Counted from the first letter of the whole stretch, positions 26,854-38,093 are shown. The stretch is DNA of 57,098 nucleotides, filler included, from Catajapyx aquilonaris (GCA_000934665.2; 3 parts of 3 records of this genome joined end to end with filler, not necessarily neighbours in it), one strand, 5' to 3'. A program made the numbers and translations. Notes: generated by a model from the letters alone, not told the origin.

Positions 26854-26893
26854 GGGGGTGTATCTCAGTGGTAGAGCGTTCGGTGCATGTGTG
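26854..26893 (+). pseudogene. 5' half of a tRNA-Ala-like sequence (SINE head or tRNA fragment)
   Basis: GGGGGTGTATCTCAGTGGTAGAGCG..TGCATGTGTG resembles a tRNA-Ala 5' half with A box; no T-arm/B box follows. Confidence 0.55.
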
Positions 26894-28120
26894 TCACACA
26901 GTGGAAGCGTATAATTAAGGTTTTAAAGAAAGCAGGAAGGACAAGTAGCATAATAGACATTTATTATTATCATTTTTATGCCAATAACCAAACAAAAAAT
27001 ACTCAAAAGAAACAATAATAATTAACTTGCCAAAAACAAAGAAAGAATACAACTCAACAATCTCCAATGAGGAAAACTCACTCATATCCAGAAACCAATA
27101 TACAACAATCAAACCAAAATCTCGTAGCCAGGATGATACATCAAGTCATCTCGACACGTCTGATGGAAGAGGGTCCTTGACAGTCATTAACTCATCGAAC
27201 TGTAAAATAGAAACGTTAGTATATACGTACTCAACCGCACAATATACTCCTGATGAGAAACCCTTCTCTTCCTTCCAAGTCAACAATTATCAATCAATTT
27301 AACAACACTGTGTTGAGGGTTGTGCTTCTCCCATGACCGGCGATAGCTTCGTTTACTGGAAGGGTCTCCCAAGCACCCCCACTATGGACAACAGAGGTTT
27401 AAAATATTTTTCGAGCACAACGTGTTGACTTCGACAGTGATTGTGCCCTATAAGTTGTGCATCACTGGTATACAAATGTGTGGCTCTGCATGGTTCAAAT
27501 AGAGAGAGGGACTAATGCATGTGTCTATAGTTTGAACCGCTTCTCTCTTTTCCGTAAAGGAGAAGGTACGAACTTTATGAACGCCCCTCGTACACTGACT
27601 ATAAGTCTGCAAGATATTTTAATGTTGCTTTGGGAGTGTTCCAACTGAATACCCCTAACCACCCCCTAACACTATGTTAGCGCCTGTAATGCCAGCTTCT
27701 ATCACACTTACATCATTTATCATACTTTCATCAGCGTAATATGGACGTTGCCTGACTGAAGGATTTCGTGTCATGACACTGAAAGTTCCATACAATATTA
27801 TGTGAGGAATGTCTAATCCCCCCCGTAGCATGCCCATCAATAATGCTGAGTGAAACTACCATAGAGCCGATAACTTCTTCAGAGTACTTGAATATTTCCA
27901 TCCTATTTTCCTACAACTGCTGTACTGTGTAAATAGTTTGTTGCCATTTTCAGGTTGCATGGGTGACCCGCTCTTTTCATTACCCATTGACTGTGCTATG
28001 ATGGATTTTGCTTGTAGGAGGAAATGGGGGAGCCACGAGAAATGCGAACATGGATAGAACCAAGAGCTAATGATAGAACCCATCGAAACTCTATCCACAT
28101 TTGTTTACAAGTAGAATCCT

Positions 28121-28197
28121 CTGTCCGACCTGGGGATTGAACTCGGGACCCCAGAGGTGGAAGGCTGTGACGCTAGCCACTACACCACCGTGCCACC
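28121..28197 (-). mobile_element. tRNA(Gly)-derived SINE head / tRNA pseudogene
   Basis: Minus strand GGTGGTGTAGTGGCTAGCG (A box), CTTCCA loop, GAGTTCAATCCC (B box); acceptor stem does not pair. Confidence 0.7.
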
Positions 28198-28214
28198 ACG
28201 CCACACATTATTAA

Positions 28215-28215
<1 letters not shown>

Positions 28216-28272
<57 letters not shown>
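28216..28272. repeat. (ATT)19 microsatellite
   Basis: Direct reading. Confidence 0.97.
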
Positions 28273-28274
<2 letters not shown>

Positions 28275-28382
28275 GGTATGGCCCAGCATGGGGTCAAACA
28301 AAAAAATATTATTAAATGTTGTTTCATTTCAAGGAAGTGACATCAGAAAGCCATTTGTGATGGTCCTGTTACTAAAAGTATA

Positions 28383-28860
28383 CTTTACTCCCGATTATCT
28401 GGGCTAATGGCTACACGGGTGTAGCTGCATAATCGGAAAACACGGATAATTGAATAATGGTCCTAGACACCGTAAAATGAGCTCTTCACAGGTTTTTAAT
28501 GAACGACTGATGCTGTATTATGATTAAAATAATATGTAGAATGTAGGCCTATACTGTACGTTTATCAAAATTAGACAAATTTCCGTAGATTTTTAGTTTG
28601 TCTTCTGCAAAACGTATGTTATAGGCTATACTGCCCGATTGCACCAACCGAAATTACCGATCCGATATAGCTCCTAATGGATCGTTAGGAGCTATCGAAT
28701 CGGTAATTTCGTTGGTGCAATCGGGCATACGTATCCTCGTATTTCTTTGTTTGAGAGAAAAAGCGACATTTTTTCGGACTTTCGTTTTGTTTTACCGGTA
28801 GTCATACACGGATAATCCGAAACACGGATAATCCGCATTCGGATAATTGGGAGTACAATG
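28383..28860. mobile_element. Tc1/mariner-pogo (Tigger-like) MITE, copy 1
   Basis: TIRs tactcccgattatc / gataattgggagta, TA flanks, subterminal cggataatc repeats; shares accgtaaaatgagct with the copy at 42983. Confidence 0.75.
28632..28727. mobile_element. 96-bp palindromic MITE with 3-bp TSD (PIF/Harbinger-like), nested in the Tigger-like MITE
   Basis: tgcccgattgcaccaac...gttggtgcaatcgggca, nearly fully self-complementary, flanked by TAC on both sides. Confidence 0.8.
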
Positions 28861-30049
28861 TAGTTACACCAAGATGAAGGGAGAAGTATTCCAAGGCCAA
28901 TGATGAAAAAAATGAATGTCCAAGTTTGCCTATAGAATTTTAGCCTTTTATTACCTTTACCATTATTTGTATAATTTTTACTACTTGGATGATAATTGCA
29001 ACCTGCTATTCAAAAGTCAAGTCTACTGTTATATTGCACGTATTGATATTGAGGAGGAAATCTGCTGTTATGCAAAATGCGGCGATTGCGTTATTAGTGC
29101 CGTTTGCCTACATGAACACCTTTGTAAACTGGTTACTCAAAGACACCCACGTGTAAGCAGAAAGCAGACGTTGCCCTTCTTTTTCTCGGACATAGCACCC
29201 TTCGGCAATCAAATTGTTCGATGACTATGAGTGACGGATTTTCCTCCCTTCAAACATACCTATATTTGAACTGGCCCTTGAACGGGAAACGTTACCCAAC
29301 TCAGGGCCATAAACTGTCAAAAGAAGCACATTACACATGGAGGAAAAAAATCATAAGTAATATTCACCTCGGGCAACACATGTCCGCATAGAGTCGAAGC
29401 TTCGGGCCATGCAAATAAGCTAATAAAGAGAGCCGACACTTTCACCTACTCGGGAAGCCCCATTCAAAAAAGAAAAAAGAAAAGGGTCTTGTTTATTCAC
29501 CTTTTCCTGTGCTGTGTGTTTTTCCAGCAAGTATCTGCCTCCACCCACCTTAGAATGGCAGAGGGTTGGGGAAGGCAGGGAGGAGTGTGACATTTGCCAG
29601 AATCTATATATCTGGCTTCATTTGTGCCCCATTTGTCAGGAGCCCTGCCCAGGTCTTTCCCCAATTGGACACGCTTTCGTCCCGTCTGGTTGCAAAATGA
29701 GCGAGGACCGTGAATATCACGTGCCTGTGACATCACAAGGATGATGGTAGAGCAAAGACTGCACTTCCGCTGCTTCGTAAACGACTGAGGGCTAATGACG
29801 ACCCCGCCTCTTTTCGGAAGCCTGTTGTTTGGCCTTCTAAGGGCTGCCAACGAAGACAATACTTGTACGACACTACTGTCGATTCTTTTTATCAGCGGTA
29901 CTGAGCAAAAGTGTGATGTCATTTGTACATGCAACAGGATGGATACCTTGAGTATCGGGAAGATACTTGCTGAAAGTCGGCCTTAAGTCTGTGGCAACCT
30001 CTTTCAGCAATAACAGTTGGCACTAATGCTTCCTCCAGTCCTCAAGTCA

Positions 30050-30085
30050 TATATAAAGAATGTGAGAAGGAAAATTTGTGAGTTG
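30050..30085 (+). promoter_or_regulatory. Candidate core promoter of the CUB gene (TATA box + Inr-like)
   Basis: TATATAAA at 30050-30057 with an Inr-like TGAGTT about 30 nt downstream, and the ATG at 30100. Confidence 0.5.
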
Positions 30086-30099
30086 GTCTTTGGTCTGCC

Positions 30100-30201
30100 A
30101 TGGCTCACCTACTTGTCGTTTTTCAGTGCTTGGTGATGCTCACCCAAGCAATAGTGATTCAGAAGAATCGAATGAATGGAGTGAGTGCTGATGGATTGGT
30201 G
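30100..30201 (+). CDS. CUB gene exon 1 (signal peptide)
   Basis: gccATGG start; MAHLLVVFQCLVMLTQAIVIQK; phase-0 donors gtgagt (30181) or gtaagg (30202). Confidence 0.7.
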
Positions 30202-33200
30202 GTAAGGGAGCATGCAGTATTATTGTTGATGGTGACATCAGTGACTCAATGATTCAGTGGTTGCGAACTGGATTTGTTTTCAGGATTCTGGGGAAACCAG
30301 GAGATCTGGATTAGGTGAGTGGCCTATGGTATTTTCATAAGATAGACCTAGATAAATATAATAAGGGTAACTGATTTTTAAACTCGAGCAATTATTGGAA
30401 ATATTATTCCCATGTTGCTCGAATCTGGGACGAAAAAAGTTACTCAAAAACATCAACTTCGGGCGAAATTTCCAGAAATAATTAAAATGACTGTACTGTA
30501 CATATAGTGTGAAACAGTTTAATTTATGTATCTGTAATGACCGTGTGTTGGAATTCAGTTACAGTAGGTCTGCTGATAATAGTTGTTCGACAGGATAATT
30601 ATAGGATGTAGAATTGTAGATAGCATTTCTTCAGCCAAGTACGGTATCTGCTGCAGGCATGATTCCGGTGGCGTCCGTTTGTGATTTCTTTCTCGTATTC
30701 GTTCACTTACAGTTAGATCAATTAGTCGTATATCGAGTACTATGCGTAAAAAATGAAAATAGCGCAATTATCATAATGCGCCATGCATTATTGTCTTTAT
30801 ATGTTACTGTAAACATAGGGTAATGTCTTCGCCTATAGTAAAATAATTATATAGTGAAGTATCGTGTAGTTATTTACACAACATGTTGTTACAGAAGGCT
30901 GCAACATCGTCTTCAGAGCTCAGGCTTTTCGAGTGACATCTCCAAACTACCCGGAAAAATCGCTCCCCAAGACCGAATGTCGCAACCGAATCGAACCTAT
31001 ATCCCCACTTGTTTGTTACCTAGACATCACATTTGAAACCTTCGAAATGAGCCCAGACTGTACTTCCAACTTCTTACAAGTGGGCGACAGAAAATTTTGC
31101 GGCCGGCAATCTGGCCTTCAGAGGGTCAACTGGACTTCAGACATTTTGTTCCGTGTAAGCAAAGGAGAAGCAAAATATTCTGCGACATTCCTACAACGAG
31201 AGTGTCCACAGAACACACCGTTGACACCACTCCCTAGCCAGAGGAATAGCACGTTTCAGATAGCTCAAAACCGATCAGACCAGCAGCAATTCTTCCCAGC
31301 CCCTCCTTCTTCGTGTGAAGTGTTTCAACATGACAGTGACCTGGTGCTGTCATCTCCTGGCTTCCCAGGCGGTTATCCTCCTAATGTGAACTGCGACTAC
31401 CTGGTTATGTTACCTGATGTGTATCCGTTCCCATGTTGCCTTCAGCTCAATTTTGTCGAATTCGATTTGGAGGAAGACCAAACCTGCTCTAAAGACTATC
31501 TCTCATTGGGGGAATACCGTTGGTGCGGGTACAGGTCCGGAACAAGTCTGGTGGTACCCATCAGACAGAGAGAGCTGAGGTTTCATTTCCAGAGTGACCA
31601 ATACAGGTCGGGTAGAGGATTCACCTTGAGAGTGCATCCCATTGAGTGTCAACGGGACCACACACCTGACTATAAGCCCCCAATTAGTACCTGCGATCAG
31701 GTGATCACCAGCGAAACATTTGAGATGCAGTCACCCAACTACCCTGGACTCTACGACTGCAACTTGGATTGTAGGTATGACCTGAGGAAACTTCCAGGCA
31801 AATGCGCAGTGGAGCTGGAAATGGTGGATTTTAGGCTGCAGCCTTCACCAGAATGCAGTATGGACTTTCTGACTGTTCAAGGGATGCGGTACTGTGGAAC
31901 CATGGTGAAGCGAAAGTGTAAGGTACCTTTGAATGTACACAATGTAGTATTTAATTTTTAGGTTTTCACGTCATACTTCGGAGAAACACTATTACGCGAG
32001 ACTACTTTTTGCTCATGCTGTACGCATATTGCAGAATAAACCTTCGATTGCCTCGGGATACGTAATAATTGCAGGGCTATAAAGTGGAGTGAATGGCATC
32101 AATAAGGATACAACCATAAGGCATAAGGAATAAAAATTCACGTGTAGGTACTCTTAGAATTTGGCGCCATAACTATAACACCAATAGGACCAAAAACGAT
32201 TCAAGCCACTTGATTTTAAAATTAATTAGTAAGTAATAACAATGATGAATGAAAGATAATGAATCCAGGCAGTATGAAGTCTCGTAGATAATTTTTAATT
32301 ACACGTTAATATGAAACATTAACGTCAAGTAAACACACCTTGCAAAAGTGGCGCTCATATTTAATTGGATATTAAAATTTTTAGTGTCACATCATTCATA
32401 TAGCGGTAGAGATTACACTGACTTGTGAGAGCAGACATACTGATGTACTATGGGCCTCAAATTGTTTTGGCCACTTTATCCTGGTCTTGAAGCAACCCTT
32501 CACACAGACACACTTGCTCACTGTGGGGCCTGTGATAAGGGTTGCTTCAAGACCAGGATAAAGTGGCCAAAACAATTTGAGCTTCATAGTACTGTACTAG
32601 TACTGTACGTACATTACAAAAAGGGAAGATAGCGGACTTTTAATAAATAATTATTTTTCCCGACAAAAATTTGGTTATTGATTAACATGGTATATTAAAC
32701 TGTATTCAATCCTTACAAAAGCGACATTATGATTAAGTAATTATATGTTGTACTATGGAAAATGGGGATCATAATATGGTATCAAGGGTTAACGTTCAGT
32801 ACTTTATGGCGTATATTTTTTTACAGATGAAAGACTAATAAGTAGACCAGCCTATTGCATAACCTACTATTCTGGTAATATACCAGGTGTGATCCTTTGA
32901 TCTTGAGCGTATGCAGAAAATTAGAAGCTTTAGACACGTGCAAAGGGAGGCGTTTTGTTATGATGACAGCTGTGGAAGTAGACATGCATGAGCTGCTCAT
33001 GAAAACACACAGGCAGGAAGCTGATTATGAGTACCAATTATATTACAATGGCGTTATTTTTACCCCCGTAAATTGAAGCATAGTGTAAGTAGAAGCCGTA
33101 ATCTTACAGCTATTGTGATCGTGCCCCACTGCTATTGATCGTACAGTTAACAAACTCCATTTCGACGTGCTGCCCTTGTAAATAAACTAAATCCCGGTGT

Positions 33201-36200
33201 CTTCGACTTTTTAACGCTAACGTCAGTTGTGTGTCGTCTAAATTAAAAACGATTACTTATAACGGCCCGTTAAAAACTCGGGGTGTAGGAAGAGCATATG
33301 TATGTCTAAAACCTTATTGCGTTAATTACTTGTTTATTCCATTTATTTCATACATTACTATTTGTTCCAGTCTTTCTGCCGATGGAACATGTTTCAACTA
33401 CCCTTCACTTCCATTCTGATCAGCACACGGGTGAACGAGGATTCAACATTGTTGGTCGCCAGTTAGGTTGTGGCCCTCCTCCTTTAGACCCGTCAAGTAC
33501 TCCTTATCCAATAGATCCTTCCATCAGACCTCCTTCCTGTCCTCCTCACTGCGAATACTGCCTGAATGAGCCACAAGGTATATTTACATCTTACGGATAC
33601 CCTCAACATTATCCACCGCATTTGGACTGCGTGTACAAGTAAGACCTATCACAAAATTCAAGGTGACAAAAATGTGACTCGGTTCTTTCTTATTACAGAA
33701 TACGAGCCCTACCGGAATCTTGCTCTGTAATAGTGGGCTTCCACGACTTTGATATCGAGCCCAGTCGCGGGTGTTACCACGATTATGTGTTGATTGACGG
33801 AAAGAGGTATTGTGGTACTTACCTCGCTGGAAAGGAGGGTAGGTTTGCCTTATTTTTTTCATTTATTAATGTTGCCTCGAAGATGTTATAAGTTACTTGC
33901 AAACTAAAACTTACCTTCCAGATGAATTGTTTTTCCCGCGTTGGAGAGAAATAACCATTCGATTCGTAACTGGCCATAGAAGACGAAACTGCCGAAGAGG
34001 TTTTCGTGGATGGTATCGGCAAGTTCCATGTTTCCCTCCACCTCCACCGCCTACGACCACCCCTCCTCCCTACACAACTACACCTCCACCTCCGCCTCCT
34101 AGTTTCTGCGATCAAACATTCTCAGAAAAGGACTTTGTCATTAGGAGTGTCAATTATCCAGACTCCTACCCAAGCAATTTGGATTGCCTCTATACCATTC
34201 AGAGATACTCAGACGTAAGATGGTTGGATTGCGTTAACAATACAATATTTGTGGCTTGTTTAATCCCGGAATCGTTCTTTTGAATTGCAGGATATTGAGG
34301 CTCTGCAGCTAACGTTTGTCATATTTCAAGTGCAGACAAGTGATGGGTGTCGAGCCGATTACCTGGATTTAGTGCCGCGTCGATTTTGTGGCGATCAATC
34401 GGGAGTCACCTTTCGAGTTCCTTTCTATGGGCCTCCTATTTTGCTTCGGTTCCATTCAGATTCGTTTGGCGAAGACAGAGGTTACTACATCCGAGTTCAG
34501 CAGCTAGACGATCCACTTAGTGAGTATCAGTCAGAAATATGTACAGTTGTGTAAGTGATGCTTTCAGTAGTGTTCTACTTGGTAATACAGTACAGATGTT
34601 ATCCACACTGAGTATGTAAAATAACATTGCTCCTGCACCATGCTGGCTAGAAATTTAACATCAATTGATCATAATCGGACCACCAATAAATGGCATCATG
34701 AAATAATCAAGGAAACAAACCGTGGCGTAATAGTTATGCGTCGGCGAAAACAATTTTTGCTTTGGGGAAAATGTTTCATTTTAAAACTAGACCAGGAGAT
34801 TGCAACATATTTTAACACTATAACTTTCACAAAAAAGTTACATAAATTATATTTATACTCCAGATGTATTTTAACTATTATCTCGCATAAAATTACCGAA
34901 CTTTGTTTCACGACCTGCGCAAAACATGTAGTCTACTTTAAGTTCAGCACAATCATCTTCATGCATAATGAGCAGACCAAGCTTTAACTTCCTCAAGCAC
35001 CCCCGGCTAAACTAGCACTTTTCACATAAAACCAATAAAAATATTGTTTGATGGAGTACTGTACAGTTTCAGAATATTGTTCATAGAATAAGTCTTGTGC
35101 AAATTCATCCTGGCACAGGTCATGTAACGTGACCCATGACACATATTGGCATTACCATTCTTCGTATACATATGATTAAAATGGCCGCGTTTATTATTGT
35201 AACCTGAAGTTTGAAGTGAGGCTGCGCTGTGAGAATTATACTTACTTTTGCACAATAAAAATATTCGCAGTGTTCTAGGGCGTAAAAACTGCAGTAGTTA
35301 TTCTTGATAGTTCTGAAATTTAAATCAGGAAGCTCGGCACCGGGAATCGAACTATAGGAAGCTTGCATGTGACAGAATGATGACGTCTAACTATATACTC
35401 ATCTGTAGTGCCTCCGTGGGAAAATGTCATTTTTTCTGAAATTTATAAATACCCGAGACGCTTTCGTCTCATTTACATGATTATCAAAACTCCATAATAT
35501 GCAGTACATTTGCCAAGGTTGCATTATACAGAGTTGCTTTCAGACTCGCCCTTATAAGACAGCTTTCTTGCTTTCCACAAAGGGGAAAATATCAAGTGCT
35601 TCCGTTGCTTTTTGAACCAAGTCAGTAAGGTAATCAGCTTAGTAAGGCAGTAGTGTTCGTTAGTGGTGACAAGGGGATTACTACTTTTATGAAAAGTGCT
35701 CCATCTGCTGGTCCTCGGCTTCTGGTTTTTCAAATCTGCGACCGCCTCTTCTTGTCCTCAGATAATCATTAATGAGGTGGTTTCAAAGGGAGACTTGTCG
35801 TATATTCCCTTTAGGATGACGTCAAGGTCAATGTTACTTCCTTTTGAAGGATAAGTTCTTTGTTGACATTCAATACCTTGTCTATTTCAGGCAATGTCAC
35901 GGTCGTGTATCGAAGATCTGCTGCAGAATCTAACTATTGTGATATATTTTTGACTTCTACCAGTGGGCATGTTCAATCGCCAGTATTGCTAGCGAATAGG
36001 TCAGACGACTTATCTTGTTCTTACATCATTACAGGAACCCCAGGTAAATGTCAGCTATTTAATTATTATAATTGCTGACACTTTAATGACTTTTTATTTT
36101 CTCTTGGACAGGGATATGCGGAGCGAGTCTAACCTTTTCGCATTTCAAAGTCCGATCGACAAATAATTGCTCCGAAAATTATGTAGACATTGATGGAGAA

Positions 36201-36246
36201 ATGTTTTGTGGAACATCTTTACAAGGGCAAGCAGTAGGTTAGTACA

Positions 36247-36328
<82 letters not shown>

Positions 36329-37036
36329 GACTATTAACATAGTTGACGCATCTAAGAGTGACTATTTTTATTTTCAGAGGTTCGTGTTCCCAATACAAAT
36401 CATCAGTTACGAGTTCCATTTCGCATAAGTAAATCAGACACAGATTCCCTTTGGAGATTCGACTATCAGGTATCATACTGTCAAAATCTTGGTCAGAATA
36501 CTAGCACACCTACTATCCGACGCAGAGGAGATTCAGTCCAATTACCGTGCAATAGGACATTTCCCGAAAAGGAAACCACTTTATCAATGTTTAATTTGAA
36601 AGACGTTGGGCAGCAGAAGTGCGTATTTCATCTACGAAGGTCAGTATTAGTGACATATAACGTTGCTATTTGTAGCAGTTTCATTCATGCTTAAAATTCT
36701 TTAAAGGTGGAGAAAATTGTGTCGCGTAGAAATTTCGAACTCGCACAAGAATACTCCAGTATCTCTTAAGTCATGTCCTTTGTATTATCTACACGTAGAA
36801 GGCGAAACACATCCTGTGTGCTCTCATGCAGAAGTGGAGGGAGATTCAGGTAAGCTGTAAAGTCAAAGTACGAGTATGTGTGTTTAAACTTACTAGATCA
36901 TCAATTTCTTGTTTTTTTTTTCTCCCCAGTAATCATGAACTTCCCCATCAACAATGACACAATTTCACTTGAAATCATGTCGGCCTACCCTGCATCTGAC
37001 ATTCAGCTAAATATTCGTCAGCTGGATTGCAGGTGA
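30100..37036 (+). CDS. Secreted multi-CUB-domain protein (signal peptide + 7 CUB domains, cubilin-like, no protease or TM domain), about 958 aa, 12 exons
   Basis: Hand-spliced exons 30100-30201 (alternative donor after 30180), 30284-30314, 30895-31917, 33371-33638, 33699-33838, 33922-34214, 34291-34519, 35891-36043, 36112-36237, 36378-36639, 36707-36849, 36930-37036. All are GT-AG with compatible phases, total 2877 nt, open to TGA 37034-37036. Repeated CUB motifs (SPNYP..Y..N.DC.Y, F..F.LE...C..DYL, R.CG, F.SD....RGF). Hydrophobic N-terminus MAHLLVVFQCLVMLTQA with gccATGG context. Confidence 0.85.
30284..30314 (+). CDS. CUB gene exon 2 (31-nt micro-exon)
   Basis: ttttcag|GAT...TTAG|gtgagt; encodes DSGETRRSGL; converts phase 0 to phase 1 as required by exon 3. 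Confidence 0.7.
30895..31917 (+). CDS. CUB gene exon 3 (CUB1, CUB2, most of CUB3)
   Basis: gttacag acceptor; EGCNIVF..TSPNYP; SSPGFPGGYPPNVNC; QSPNYPGLY; donor T|gtaagg. Confidence 0.92.
32448..32589. mobile_element. TA-flanked palindromic MITE (Tc1/mariner-like) in CUB intron 3
   Basis: 45-bp perfect inverted repeat 32456-32500 / 32537-32581; ta|ctatg...catag|ta ends. Confidence 0.85.
33371..33638 (+). CDS. CUB gene exon 4 (end of CUB3, Pro-rich linker, start of CUB4)
   Basis: ttccag acceptor; FHSDQHTGERGF; TSYGYPQHYPPHLDC; donor AA|gtaaga. Confidence 0.9.
33699..33838 (+). CDS. CUB gene exon 5 (CUB4 core)
   Basis: ttacag acceptor; IRALPESCSVIVGFHDFDIEPSRGCYHDYVLIDGKRYCG; donor G|gtaggt; not in the ORF track. 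Confidence 0.9.
33922..34214 (+). CDS. CUB gene exon 6 (end of CUB4, poly-Pro/Thr hinge, start of CUB5)
   Basis: ttccag acceptor; PPPPPPTTTPPPYTTTPPPPPP; SVNYPDSYPSNLDC; donor GAC|gtaaga. Confidence 0.9.
34291..34519 (+). CDS. CUB gene exon 7 (CUB5 core)
   Basis: ttgcag acceptor; CRADYL, RFCG, FHSDSFGEDRGY; donor A|gtgagt at 34520 (read-through stop at 34552-34554). Confidence 0.88.
35891..36043 (+). CDS. CUB gene exon 8 (start of degenerate CUB6)
   Basis: tttcag acceptor; YCDIFLTSTSGHVQSP..SCSYII; donor G|gtaaat. Confidence 0.8.
36112..36237 (+). CDS. CUB gene exon 9 (CUB6 core)
   Basis: ggacag acceptor; ICGASLTFSHF..NCSENYVDIDGEMFCG; donor G|gttagt. Confidence 0.8.
36247..36327. repeat. 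(ATT)27 microsatellite in CUB intron 9
   Basis: Direct reading. Confidence 0.97.
36378..36639 (+). CDS. CUB gene exon 10 (end of CUB6, RRRGD linker, start of CUB7)
   Basis: ttttcag acceptor; open in phase 1; WRFDYQVSYC..PCNRTF..KCVFHL; donor AG|gtcagt. Confidence 0.75.
36707..36849 (+). CDS. CUB gene exon 11 (degenerate CUB7 core)
   Basis: ttaaag acceptor; LCRVEIS..SCPLYYLHVEG..VC; donor G|gtaagc. Confidence 0.72.
36930..37036 (+). CDS. CUB gene terminal exon 12
   Basis: Long pyrimidine tract + cag; ends QLNIRQLDCR-stop, paralleling the RQ..C ends of the other CUB repeats. Confidence 0.75.
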
Positions 37037-37416
37037 AAATTAATGAAATATTTAAATTAGAGACAATTAGTCTGGACCCAGCGGTATTTAAAGCGCTTGT
37101 TTTTGCCACATCATCGCTTATAATTATTATATTATAACATAATGTACTGTGTATCATTGCTGATATTTTAAAGCCAGTCTTGGCCCAATGATGAAGTAGG
37201 CTATGTCGGGACCGGTTATACCAAGCAGCATTAATATGCGTCTTACTGAGGATCCTAGTTTACTTACAGTACTAATGTAACATAAATGAGGAGGAATTTA
37301 TTTCAGTAGCAATTTTTATAGTGACTATAGAGTCCTGCAGTAGAAGTAATATTTTTGTACTCGGGCAGTGGTCAGGAGTGAATTATGAACTTTGAGGAAA
37401 AAGAATCTCATTAGTT

Positions 37417-37422
37417 AATAAA
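37417..37422 (+). terminator. Candidate polyadenylation signal of the CUB gene
   Basis: AATAAA about 380 nt after the stop codon. Confidence 0.35.
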
Positions 37423-38093
37423 CAATTTTATTATATTCTTGATCTAGCAAGTGCAATTTTTATAGCCTTTAGTCTCTCTTGCCATCAATGCCAGCTTCAA
37501 GTTCAGCAAATCATTATTTTGTGACAGAGTGAAAACCCAACAGGCGACTCAAATGGCCATAGCATTATATTAGTTCTAATAGAAAGCTGCTTAATTTATT
37601 ATTGGAAGTGTAATAAAACTATAGTAATTGTGAGATGACGCAGTAATATCTAACGCATCTGAAGTTAATTTTTGTCCCAATCTAATCCTCAATTCTAACG
37701 TTTGGATACGAAGGAAATGCGAAAATAACATAGTATCCCTCCCGGTCAAATTTTTTTCTATTCAACAAGGTCTTTTTATACTGGGAACTAATGAAACACT
37801 ACCTTATACTTACTCAGTTGCTGTATAGAGCGGAAGACTAATTAGGATATCCCTTGCCGTTGTAGCCATTCATTCCTGTATATTGATTACGTGTTGATAC
37901 ATGCTGTATAAGGTGGTTTGCCACGCGGGCTCCTTGTGCCAGGTAATACCCTCAAAGGTTTGCTCAAATACCCCAAAGAGCCCTGCGCAGATCAAAAAAT
38001 GCAAAAAAAAAATTGCTGAGACATTTTCTACGACCGTTTCTCGTAGTATGACCAAATTGTGCATGTATTTCTCTTCGGTGTACACCTGCAGTG

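Noticed and set aside
32396..32632. Two near-identical ORFs on opposite strands (LKLFWPLYPGLEATL)
   Set aside because: A by-product of the palindromic MITE
36219..36476. Poly-Ile ORF on the minus strand
   Set aside because: Translation of the intronic (ATT)27 microsatellite
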